In this document: piece by piece, positions 1 to 11,586 of the stretch
How positions within the stretch are numbered: the stretch's first letter is position 1
How the letters are laid out: each line of letters begins with the position of its first letter
Origin: Chrysomallon squamiferum
Lineage: Eukaryota; Animalia; Mollusca
Assembly: GCA_012295275.1 (NCBI GenBank)
Contig: CM022670.1
Span: forward strand, 33,232,001 to 33,296,000
Direction: 5' to 3'
DNA length: 64,000 bases
Notes under the pieces: generated by a model
The model's database searches: none
The model's input: only the letters and a program-made list of their open reading frames with translations
Told to the model about the DNA's origin: nothing
Translations under genes and position numbers: made by a program

Positions 1-1202
1 AAACCCAGTCTGCACTAGGTTTTTTTTTTTTTTTTTTTTTTTTTTTCAGTTTAATGTCATAATCATCAGCATCATCACGAACATCATCATCAACATTAGC
101 ATTATAATCATGATAAAATTCATGATCTGATCTGGTGACCACCATGCTTATTGATATTGTTCTTATTCTTGGTAATAGCAGTAGGTGTAGCACTAGTAGT
201 AGTAATAGTAGTAATAGTAGTAATAATAGTAGCAGCAGCAGTGGTTCAGTCATTCTCCCATATAGCTGTTAACTGAAACAATCATCCCGTCATCTAAGCA
301 TTTAACTCACAGATACACTAATATATGATGAGTGATATTTAATTAATTTGTTTTTTCATTAAACTGGTGTAAAGAATTGTAACTGATATAGTTACGGCAT
401 ATTTTGAATTAGGTTACAAATTGAAGTTTGATTGTATCTGTATCTAAACTTGTTTAAATCACAAAGTATACAGAACTGTATTCGCAAAATAGAGGCACAC
501 ACATATTTGTTATAAAACAAAATATCCCTGGAGTAAAATTCATGAAGAAAAACAAAATTAAAAGCTTTCACAACATACAACATTTTGACAAAAGAAACTT
601 ATCTGTATTGTTAAACTGGTTATTTTATGATTGGTGTTTATGTAAACCTTGTCTCACGTTTCTGCACTCGAAGTTAGGCGTTTAAGTGTAACGCAAACAC
701 AGCTTAATAGTGTATACATTTCATCGTTGTCAGTTAATATTCTGAACACAGCTCTTCGTTAAAATAAATGTAAACTTTATTATGGCCAGTTATTGTATAC
801 CGAATACAAAATGTCATTAATATAAATGAAAATTTGTTCTGGTAAGTTAATGCATACTGACTGTAGTTTTTCATTAATATAACTGCTGGAATTTGTCACT
901 GTCACTTTTCGTTTACTGTCTATAGCTTTTCATTACCATAAATGCAGACTTTGTCGTTGTCAGTTACTGCATTTTTTCATTAAAATAAATATAAACATTA
1001 TCTTGCTGAATTGACGTATTTTGAATATAGTTTTTCATTTATATAAAAATTTATTTAACTATGGTGAAATAACGTAAATCTCTTTATTAATATTAAATTT
1101 TGCTTTTGTTTCCTGTAGCTGCGTTATGCGCATTATTACATTATTAGTAAAATAAAGAGTTGTTATTTACTACAGATTCAAAAAATATATATTTATTTTC
1201 AG

Positions 1203-2372
1203 GATTACCGACAAATTTTCAATATGGCTGAAGATATTAGTAATCCAAAGAATCTTGAAGTTTGCAAGTAAGTTAATTCAGTATTATTCTCATTTCTATA
1301 TTTTGATAGTTACTGTTATCGATATACGGTAAATAATACCATTATTCTACACGTTATTGTTCTTCTACGTTCAATAAGGTGGTTTAAATATTTTATATCC
1401 GCTTAGAGATTTACTGAAGACATACACGTACACACAGACACGCACATGTACACAGACACAATGAACGGCTTAAAAATAAAATTAAATACCCCCCCCCCAA
1501 AACCCCCAGAAATTTATTTTAAAAATATATCGTTTGATTCTGCACACGTTTATGCTTGTTACTAAAATGATAACCGATAGCTGTAACATATCAGAGATGG
1601 AAAAGGAATACGTGACCAATACAATTTACATAAGAAAGAGATCCACTGTAATTTACTAAATTAAAATAAATCTATTTCTTTTTTTGTCTCATTCACACAG
1701 CCACACATACACAAATTCACGCAACAAAATGTATCCAAAAAAAAATAAATATATATATATTTATATAGATAGATAGATAGATAGATAGATATGTAAAACA
1801 AAAACCAGTCCTTGTGAAATGAATTACGTTAAAAATCATTGAGGTATGTAATAAAAAAAAATAAACAAAGACTAAAGAGTAATTCTAATAGGACCCCAAA
1901 CACCAGTGACTCACTACTGGTACTTCAAAAAAAAGAGAAAAAAAAAGCGAACCTGGCGTATTACAGAGTTTTATTTCTTTTCTTTTTCTTTTACGTTCAC
2001 ACTCTCCTTTTCTGTAATCTTTATATCCGGGTCCCCAGATTTACAGTCTTAGACAGCAATTTCACAGCTAGATAAAAACATTAAGGTTTTAAAATGTCAG
2101 GTTTGTGTCAGTTTTATGTTACGTGACATATGAATGCAGAAAGAATAAAGAATCTTTTCTGAAGTATTGTGTAACTGAAGGTGTAGAGATTACAATTCAC
2201 TGGGATACTCCACAACAAAAGAAATTCACAAACTGCAACAAAGCATAAAATGATAAAGCATTTTGAGAATGTTATTAGTTTTCCAAATACAAAAGTATAT
2301 TTGTATAGTTTCTTTTTATCTGTGGATACAGAAGGTTCCTAAGCTCATTTTTATTTTATTTTAATAATAACC

Positions 2373-2408
<36 letters not shown>

Positions 2409-2779
2409 TTATGTAGACCTATGTATGTATGTATGTATGTATTGTTATTGTTAATTTTGAAGGGTTTTGTTGTTGTTGTTGATGATTTTGATTTTCGGCC
2501 TTTTTGATTTTTGTGGTAAAATTTTTAAATTTCTGAAAACATTTAGTTCTCAGAACAATTACTATTTTGTTTTTCGGGATTTTCTGCCGAGGCTATTAGA
2601 AATGTATATGTATTTGTATGTGCATGTTAGAACAACTTTTTTTATATCATATGTTATGTAATTTATTTGTTTGCTTCAGACATGATGTCGTCTTTCAACA
2701 TTTCCCAATGCGCCGACTGGAAGAAAATCCTGCAATATGGACAATTGTAAAATACAAGTAAAATAATTCGCTTTGTTTC

Positions 2780-2810
<31 letters not shown>

Positions 2811-3969
2811 CATACATACATACAAACATACACACGCACAGACACAGACATACACATACACACTAATTTTATACATTATTTTTTTCAGAATTACATCAAT
2901 GACACACTCATAGACACACACACGCACACACACAAAACACACTATATATTACTGTAACAAATTTTGATTCATTTAAAATGAATATATAACTGCAGCTATA
3001 TATTTATTTAAACATTTAAAAACATTCACATTGGTGGTAATATCTTATCAGTACTAGAATAATAATTTTCACAGGTAAAATGCTCAGCGATTCAATAAAG
3101 TAATTATACTATTGACAAACCAAACGCCTTCAAGCGTGCATTATATTTAATGGCAGACTTGGTCGATAAACTTCGCGGTGTTAAAAGGGTTGGGGTATTG
3201 ATATTATGATCATACTTCCAGGTATGGTCGTTTGATAGCCAAAGACAGCAACGAACTAGAATGGGTGTACGTTGTCAAGTCGGTAAGATTACCAGTTAAT
3301 ATGCAAATCTAATCCCGCTATTTTGAGATAATGTCTCTGATTTGCATCACTAGCAGCCAAACTAAAGGTCAACTGCATCATTTGACAGAATGTTTCACAC
3401 GCAAAAAATGAATTAAAAAAACCCCTGTTATTTCATTTCATAAAAATAAAATAAATAAAATAAGTATGTAATTAAACAGACTGATGATCGCCTATCAGTT
3501 TGATAGAAACAACATATAAAATACATTCCCAAACTATATATACTTTACTGGTTTTCTTCTAAACAGTTTAAAATCTGATTACTCCAAAGAATTGGTAGAA
3601 TCTCATTAAAAGTTTTTTTTTTTTTTTTTTTTTTTCTGTTTACTTCATGCAGGGAGAAGCCAGGTTGTTGATTTATCTGGAACCCAGTTACGTGGATATT
3701 AAAACAAGACGACAAAAAATAGCTGCAGCAATGGAACAGGATTCGCCATTTTTCAAAAAGAAACAAATTTTACAATTCATAGCAGAACGAGATTATAGTG
3801 AGTACATGATTAGGAATCAGTTTCACGAAATGACGCCATTCTCACGAGCGTTCATATTACTGTCTCTCACACACACCCCACACACACACATACACACTCA
3901 CACACACACTCACACTCACACACACACACTCACACACTCACACACACACTCACACACTCACCCCCACAC

Positions 3970-4003
<34 letters not shown>

Positions 4004-4040
4004 ACTCACACACACACTCACACACTCACCCCCACACTCA

Positions 4041-4083
<43 letters not shown>

Positions 4084-4140
4084 ACTCACACACACACAGA
4101 CACTCACACACACACACACACACACACACTCACCCCCACA

Positions 4141-4185
<45 letters not shown>

Positions 4186-4212
4186 CCCCACACTCACTCA
4201 CACACACACTCA

Positions 4213-4255
<43 letters not shown>

Positions 4256-4326
4256 CCACTCACACACACACCCCACACACACACACACACTCACACACTC
4301 ACACACACACTCACACACTCACCCCC

Positions 4327-4359
<33 letters not shown>

Positions 4360-5554
4360 ATACACACTCACACATACACACTCACACACACACACAGAAA
4401 AAACTGATAGCAGTTTATAAGAACAAAACAGTAATTTGAAAATGATAAAAATATGTTGGGTTTTTGTTGTTTTCTGTTGTTGTTTTTTTTTAGTTTTGGA
4501 TCTTTGCTGTTTTGGTATATTTTGTTGGAGGAAGGGTTTGTTAAAAATTTTCCACATGTAAATTTTAAAACGAATATACAGAAATAAATCATTGAATGAA
4601 TCGTCAGTTTAATTCGTTTGTATAAGCGTTGTATTTCTTTCCGTATATTTGATATATTATATATGTCATATTACATTCGTTTTTGTGAATGTTGAGTAAA
4701 TGATATGTGTATATATACAAGGGTGAATGAAATAAATAAATTATTATATTACTGCTTTTCTCTCATTCAGTTAAATCGGCATACAAACCATCAATATACC
4801 ATCCAGGGCGAAGGGACGGAAGTAAATCAGCGCCCCCTGTGTACGGGTGCCGATCACAGGAACGACAAACCACATTCCTAAGTTTACCGTGCACTCCAGC
4901 CAACAAAGCTGCTCCCAGGATGGGAAGAAGAAAGTCAATACTGAAAACCATAGAACACTCAGACAAGAGTGATTCAAACACCAGCGACTCTAAACCCACA
5001 GACTCCACCAGACTGCCAAAAATAAAGATAGCGGACGATGAACAAAACGAAAAGAGTGAAAATAAATCTGACGAGGAGGAGAAGAGAGATGTAGAAGAGT
5101 CGGAGGCAACACAAGACAGATCGTGCCCGGAAGCTTCTGATTCCAGAATGAGTTCAGTGGAGGCGTCTGACAAGCGCAGGATTGGTGGAAGAACAGAAGA
5201 GTATGTTAAAACGCCGACGTCCAGAAAGAAAGTAAAGAAACCGGCTCCTATCAATGTATACGGGCAGATGCTGCCGGCGTTTATCCAGGTGGAGACACTG
5301 CATACGGGACAAGTGTTTGTAAGTGTATTTTATAGACCTCGATTAGACGAACACTATTTAGTAACGTTTTTCTAATCTCTGATACGAGTTAAATGTTGCT
5401 GAAACAATGTTATCTGGTCTTTGTCCATTTACAATTCATATTTACGATTTAACACACTCAATTTAATCAGTAATGTAAAATATATATTAATATACCTACT
5501 TCTCTTTGCTTATTAAATCCAAGTACATATTTATATACATCCCAGTTGTTCCAT

Positions 5555-5598
<44 letters not shown>

Positions 5599-6538
5599 TT
5601 TTATTACAGGGTCTTCGTGCTTGTTTGGATAAGGAAGAACGGGGACCATCCGTTAGTCTGGTTAGAATTTTATTATTATTGTTTTGTTTATTTATCAACA
5701 AATAAAATTTATCTATGAGTGAACATTAACGAAGCATTCATTACATTAGGATATTAATTTACAGAACTAAAGTTAAACCTACATCATTTTTTTATTTTAT
5801 TTTAATTAATTTGTTTTTTGTTTGCTTGTTCGTTTATATTTGTAGTTGTTGTTTTTATAATGCTTTCCTGAGATCTTACTAAGTTTTATAACAGAACAAA
5901 ACTTACGCAGTTAGTATAATGTATTATTTTCTCAATTTTCTTCTCTTTTTTTTTTTTTTTTTTTTTCAGGTAAGCGGGGATTGCGAATTACTACAAATAA
6001 ACAAAAGATTCTTCATGAAGCATTGTGACGATGCTATTTATAGTCTTATAAGATTAAAGGTAAAAGATTTTTCTGCAGGTGTATTTTTATATTTTTCTAT
6101 ATAACTGTTTTATTTTTAAATATCCACATATTTTAATGTATATATATGTTAGAGGAAATATGCATAAATTCTGATTCACCCAGAAAAATGTCAATCCAAC
6201 GAGATCATCCTTTAAATGCAGTTGATGGAGAATGTCATGACCTTTTTTTTTTCTTTTTTTTAAATTTTATTTCATGTTTTCGTATAATGTATTTTTGGTA
6301 AAGAGTGTATGTGTGTGCATCTACCTATGAAGTCTTCATTATAGTTAAAGAAACATTATGTCATCAAATTCTATAAATGCTACATATAATGTACAGTTAA
6401 TTTTAACTCTTATAGGCCAAACCATATCCGAGCCAGGAAGACCTACTAGATCGACTGGACGCCAATATGCAATGGCTGGAGTTTAAACAGAAGACGCTGG
6501 AAGATTTCCTTAAGAAATGCAAAAGACTGGAAAGATGA
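1203..6538 (+). CDS. CNBD2: Cyclic nucleotide-binding domain protein, CNBD2-like; 3' part only (8 coding exons, ~386 aa), 5' exons lie upstream of the window
   Basis: Phase-compatible GT-AG exons 1203-1267, 2680-2757, 3222-3282, 3653-3797, 4771-5318, 5610-5660, 5970-6059 and 6416-6538 (TGA) join into one frame: DYRQIF...KYGRLIAKDSNELEWVYVVKSGEARLLIYL...FIQVETLHTGQVFGLRAC...SVSLVSGDCELLQINKRFF...PYPSQEDLLDRLDANMQWLEFKQK. The YVVKSG, GxVFG and CELLxI motifs and the PYP...W tail resemble CNBD1/CNBD2-type proteins. Symbol is from recall, not a search. AATAAA at 6865. Confidence 0.75.
3866..4395. repeat. Long interrupted (CA)n/CACT microsatellite in a CNBD intron
   Basis: About 530 bp of CA repeats with CT and CCC interruptions; explains the HT-rich tail of ORF 3647-4420. 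Confidence 0.95.
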
Positions 6539-7402
6539 AGCATTAACAGAACGCTTGTCTGTTGATGTATATCTGTGCTTCACGCGGTCTTCATGCATGA
6601 AAAGCACTAGAAGAATGAGTTATACACAATACAGAATTAAATTCCAGATTACAGTTTACCATCACTTAATATCATAAAAGAAAAATTGCTTATAAATTAC
6701 CTAACTTTTACATACTTGATGTGTTTATTTTTCAAATGCTGCCATCATCCTTACAAACCACACAGAAAGCGACTCTTCACGAATTTGTTATTTTCATGAA
6801 TTAAAAACCTGAAAATATACCAATCTGCTTCTGCTCAAAGCTTTACACCTAAGAAAGACATATGAATAAAAACTGAACTATTATTTGTTTTCCTCTGTGT
6901 ATTTTAATGAGTGTGTATCAGAGTGTTTGAAAGGAGGGTTACAGAGAGTTTCTAAATGCCAAAAACATTTTCATTCAGGAAACAACGTCAACTGTAAATT
7001 AACCTGGTTAAAACATGGATTTCAATCATTTTTAACTTATTCTTATACCAAGGAGTTTTCGTTCTTTCTTTCTTTCTTTCCTTCTGTATCAGCACAAAGG
7101 CATATCTAAAATATGGTAGTGGTTTTCATAGGCCCTATTTAAAGCAGCTACTTGAACGGCCACTACTGTTTTTGTTTTTGCTGACTAGTAACCACAGCAT
7201 TCAAATCTTTGTTGTATCATGTTGAGATTCATACAGCTCTATGAAATTAGCGAATTTTTTTTTTACAGACCATTGTTTTTAACTCAGATATTTACGTGCA
7301 TATAGGAGTATGGAATTTGAAGAATATTAAGATATGGCTAACGCCTTATTGAGGTACTGTAAAAAAAAAAAATAATAATAATAATAATAAATAATAATAA
7401 TG

Positions 7403-7440
<38 letters not shown>

Positions 7441-8183
7441 CAAATAAACAAATAAATAAAATATTTCTTGCTGAGATGAACATTTGATTTTGATACTTTG
7501 TCACGTTCACCTAGTCTTACTGCACTGGGGTCATTGTTTTAAATTGCTTTGCCAACCTTTTGTTGGTTACCAGCCACGTAGAACTGTGGTAAGCTAAACA
7601 AAGGTCAAGCTGTTCTTTAAATCTCCTATTACATACACAGTATCTTTAAAAGGGCTTAGGAAAGATATCGTCTTTATAAATGTGCTACAGAATAAAAGAA
7701 GTATGTCATGACTCATTCTCAGACATAATTTTCTTATTATTTTTTCATTATGAAGTCTTTGGTGCATGGAAAAAGCTTCAGAGTGACATTAATTTTTGTT
7801 TGCTTCTTTTGTTCACCTCTGATATGTTTTACGAATGTAAGCGGTTCTATCACTCACCTATAACGGTGTACACAATTACAGTTTTGATAGTCTGTTTGTG
7901 TCACTTGATCCACACATTGTGGCCTCGCCTAACTAGGAGACGGTAAATGAGCAACATTTCGTGAGTGCCTGTCCTCACGCGTGATTTTCATGCTGTTGTT
8001 GAGCGTAAATAAAATTCAAATCAGTTCAGTTCAGTGGTGGGGGTTTTTGAGGGGAATTATTTTTTCTTTTTTGTGTGTGTGTGTGTTTGTGGGTGTGGTT
8101 TTATTGTTGTTGTTTCTGATGTTGTGTTGTTGGGGGGTTAAAGAAGAACAACAACAACATCAACAACAACAATAAAACATCCT

Positions 8184-8185
<2 letters not shown>

Positions 8186-8232
<47 letters not shown>

Positions 8233-8486
8233 ACAATAGTAATAATAAATAAATAATAAGAACAATAGCAACTTCAATAAAAATAATCATAATAGCAATA
8301 ATAACAGTCGCAATAATAATAATAATAATAATAATAAACAATAGTAATAATAAATAAATAATAAGAACAATAGCAACTTCAATACAAATAATCATAATAG
8401 CAATAATAACAGTCGCAATACTACTACTACTAATAATAACAACAACAACAACAATAACAATACTAATGATAACAATGATAATAATA
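8186..8486. repeat. (AAT)n-rich tract containing a ~105-bp direct duplication
   Basis: aacaatagtaataataaataaataataagaacaatagcaacttcaata...ataacagtcgcaata occurs twice, at ~8232-8315 and ~8337-8420. Confidence 0.85.
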
Positions 8487-8825
8487 TTCCACTTCCCCAC
8501 GGTTCCGATGTCTTTTTATTGGAGACTACAAAGTGTAGTATTTAAAATGTAATACTACTATATGTGAAGTCATCGAGCATTCAGAAATAACTTTTCTTCA
8601 TTTAACTAAATTTCTTTAATATAACGCGTAAATTCTGAATAATTAAATATAATTAAACACACCAATTTGTGTTTCAGAAAGTATAATCATTCATATTTAA
8701 TTATTCGGAATTTTAAAAAGTACAGATTTTAGGATGTGCTATTTTCCATTGTATCAGGAAGCCATGCACGTTAGTGACGTCTTTTCCACGTCAGATGTGA
8801 GATCCTCAGAAACGTACAATACTTA

Positions 8826-8883
<58 letters not shown>

Positions 8884-9699
8884 GCAACAACAAAAGCGAC
8901 AACAGCAGCAGTAAAAACAGCAATAACAACAATAATAACAACAGCAAGAACAACAAGCATAAAGATGATGATGATGATGATGATAAACACAACATAATAG
9001 GAAACAGAAGCGACAGATACGCTGTACTGCATTAGTTAATGTTACAGTCATTACAGGACCAACCCGTGTTAATTAACAGTTATTATTACAGATCATTCTT
9101 AATGCAAACATGAACCAAGGTCGTCCACTAGACGAAGCTCTTTCTTCTAAAATGACTCACTGTGTCCTAGGTTTGACCTTGACAGTTCCCTTAGAGTTCT
9201 TTTCCACTGGTATATCATACTTTGGTACATTCAACTATATGATCATTCTCTATCAATATTTTTAAAATTTAAATTATTTTATATTATTTTGCCTTAATAT
9301 AACCATCTTGAAAATAACAAAGCTGTCCTGTTCACAGACGTAAATGCACATTTGTATTTATCTAACCTTCAGATTTTGATAAAACACGTCCTAATTATCA
9401 TATATAAGCTAAATACTAGCATATAACTGAACTTCTTGGATTGCGAAATAAACAAAAATGAGGTCTATAATCAAGTTTTGGAGATAAGCAATCTAATACT
9501 TCAACCAATTAATTCATCCGGTCCAAATCTTCCTTGTAATTATTCAGAAATCTGCCAACCGTCTAAAATGTAAATTATAATCAGTAACGGGTGGAGACAG
9601 GCTTCTTTTTTAAACATGCAGAGATCCAATAAATCATAAATGAGGTATACCATCTGTATTTAGTGCCTGCGTAGTGTGATGTTTTGTGGTTCCGTGTTT

Positions 9700-9849
9700 G
9701 ACATGTGACGTATGGTAACACTATCAAGTTGTTCACTATTCACTAAGCTGCTATTCTTCTTTAATGTGATTCATAATCAAAACATGTAGTTCTGTGGTCA
9801 ACACAAAGTCCTGAAAATATTACAGATAGTGGATGTTTTTCTGGTAAGT
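9700..9849 (+). promoter_or_regulatory. Putative proximal promoter and non-coding first exon of CARD-CC copy 1, ending at a GTAAGT donor (equivalent donors at 15710, 23158, 29458)
   Basis: G|GTAAGT at 9844 is conserved in all four units, 0.85-1.55 kb upstream of a conserved pyrimidine tract plus AATAAAG|ATTAAGnnATG. ACATGTGACGT is conserved ~130-140 bp upstream of each donor. The start site itself cannot be seen. Confidence 0.55.
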
Positions 9850-10114
9850 TTGCTAAACTTGATTTATAATTGAAGGATAAATTACTAACTTAGTTCGTTA
9901 ACGGCATGGATTAGAATAGTTTAAAAATGGTTATATTATCATGCTTTAATAGGTATTATCAGATGAAGTTTAAAAATAATTAAAAAAAATATAAATGTGT
10001 TTTTATTATTACAGACTGTGTGAATACAAATAAAGATAATAGAATTGGTGTTCTTTTTGAACTGCTATTCCAAGATGTCTATTCCATTATTAGTCCATGC
10101 GACAAATAATAAAA

Positions 10115-10152
<38 letters not shown>

Positions 10153-10340
10153 ATAATAATAATAATAGTAATAATAATAACAAAAACAACAATAAGAACA
10201 ACAACAACAATAATAATAACACTAATAATAACTGCAGACAGAGTAGGTAAAAAGAAAATAATAATAATTACCTTTTATTATGAAACAAAAATATTTAAGT
10301 TATTTTGAAGCAGACTATTTCGAAAGCTTGGATATGTACT

Positions 10341-10475
10341 GTAATGTAAAATAAATATTAATACACCTACTTCACTTTGCTTATTAAATCCAAGTAAATA
10401 TTTATATACATCCCAGTTGTTCCATTACTACTACTACTACCATTACTACTATTACTGCTGCTATTACTACTACTA

Positions 10476-10511
<36 letters not shown>

Positions 10512-10572
10512 AATTTTATTACAGAGTCTTCGTGCTTGTTTAGATAAGGAAGAACGGGGACAATCCGTTAGT
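10341..10572 (+). other. Copy of CNBD-gene intron end plus exon (source ~5470-5657) inserted in the unit-1 intron
   Basis: Direct match to the source including cctacttc.ctttgcttattaaatccaagta, the (TAC)n tract, ttttattacag and gtcttcgtgcttgttt.gataaggaagaacggggac.atccgttagt. Absent from units 2-4. Confidence 0.9.
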
Positions 10573-10689
10573 TGTTTTATGAACAAGCAATGATGATGTT
10601 TAAACTGTTGTTGCCCGGCTGTCCTTAGGATTTGGTAGATATTTATTTCTTCCTTTTTTTTTTTTTCTTCTTTTAATAAAGATTAAGGC

Positions 10690-11586
10690 ATGGCTAAAGC
10701 AATTTTAACTCGCGGAAGGATGAACGACGATGAAGAAAAATGTATTCAGAACAACTTGGTGGAAATAGAGAGGTCTGTAGAGGCAAATCATCTCGTCACA
10801 CATCTGTTTGCTTCCGATATCATTACCCTGGACGACAAAATGGAAATCACTTCTGCCGAATCCAGACAGAAACGTATCCGACTTCTAGTAGATAAAATCA
10901 TCCTTCAAGGAGGACCGCTGGCCTTCACTGAATTCATCAGATCTCTTGAAAAGAGTCACTATTTGGATCTTGTGGCAAAACTCATCGGTTCAAATTCTGT
11001 CAGTCCCAGAGGCGATGATGATGTTGATGATGATATCAAAAAATGGAAACGTGGTAAAAATATCGAACGCAGACTTGAACTGCTGAGAGATCGAATTTTT
11101 AAATTGGACGAAAAAGTCTCACACATTGATGACGTGAAACAAGATATAACAATCATCAAAGATTCTCTGAAAGAGATAAAAGTGCTGACTTCAAAAGAAG
11201 CTGAAACTAAAATGACCATCGAAATGCTGACACAGCAGCTGAACGAAAAAACGAAGAAACTGGAAGAAGCTGAAAGACAAATTGATCTTCTCGAAAGCAA
11301 AATCCAAGAACTCGAAGAACAGAGAAAGAAAGATAAAATGGAAATTAACAATCTGAAAGGCGCGATGACGAGGCAGGATTTCACGATCAACACTTTGAAG
11401 AATAAGATAGGACTGCAGGATGACCTGATGAAAGAAAAAACGAAAGCCATTGAGGAACTGAACAAAAAGGATGTAGATAAAGAAACTCGACTGAAGAAAT
11501 TGGAAAGTATGGTGCTGAATCAACGTTACCAAACCAAGATGAGGTTGCCTGGTAAAATAAAGCCTAAAAACAGATTTGAAAATTGA
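10690..11586 (+). CDS. CARD + coiled-coil protein, copy 1 (298 aa)
   Basis: Open frame after a polypyrimidine tract and AG. Residues ~11-99 fit the six-helix CARD pattern (IQNNLVEI...LVTHLFASDIITLDDKMEI...RQKRIRLLVDKI...GPLAFTEFIRSL...YLDLVAKL). Residues ~122-277 are K/E/L-rich heptads, followed by a basic tail. No caspase, NACHT or TM segment seen. Confidence 0.85.
   Translation: MAKAILTRGRMNDDEEKCIQNNLVEIERSVEANHLVTHLFASDIITLDDKMEITSAESRQKRIRLLVDKIILQGGPLAFTEFIRSLEKSHYLDLVAKLIGSNSVSPRGDDDVDDDIKKWKRGKNIERRLELLRDRIFKLDEKVSHIDDVKQDITIIKDSLKEIKVLTSKEAETKMTIEMLTQQLNEKTKKLEEAERQIDLLESKIQELEEQRKKDKMEINNLKGAMTRQDFTINTLKNKIGLQDDLMKEKTKAIEELNKKDVDKETRLKKLESMVLNQRYQTKMRLPGKIKPKNRFEN

Noticed and set aside
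3798-4420. His/Thr-rich tail of the 257 aa ORF
   Set aside because: Read-through past the donor at 3798 into a CA microsatellite.
4763-5254. 163 aa minus-strand ORF
   Set aside because: Antisense to the large CNBD exon, which has proper splice sites and frame continuity on the + strand.
6900-7361. Possible Tc1-like relic ending in GAGGTACTGTA
   Set aside because: No matching second TIR or readable transposase found.
8138-9051. Poly-I/L/Y/C ORFs (similar ones at 34477-34819, 35681-36014, 38491-38691, 48835-49110)
   Set aside because: Translations of simple repeats.
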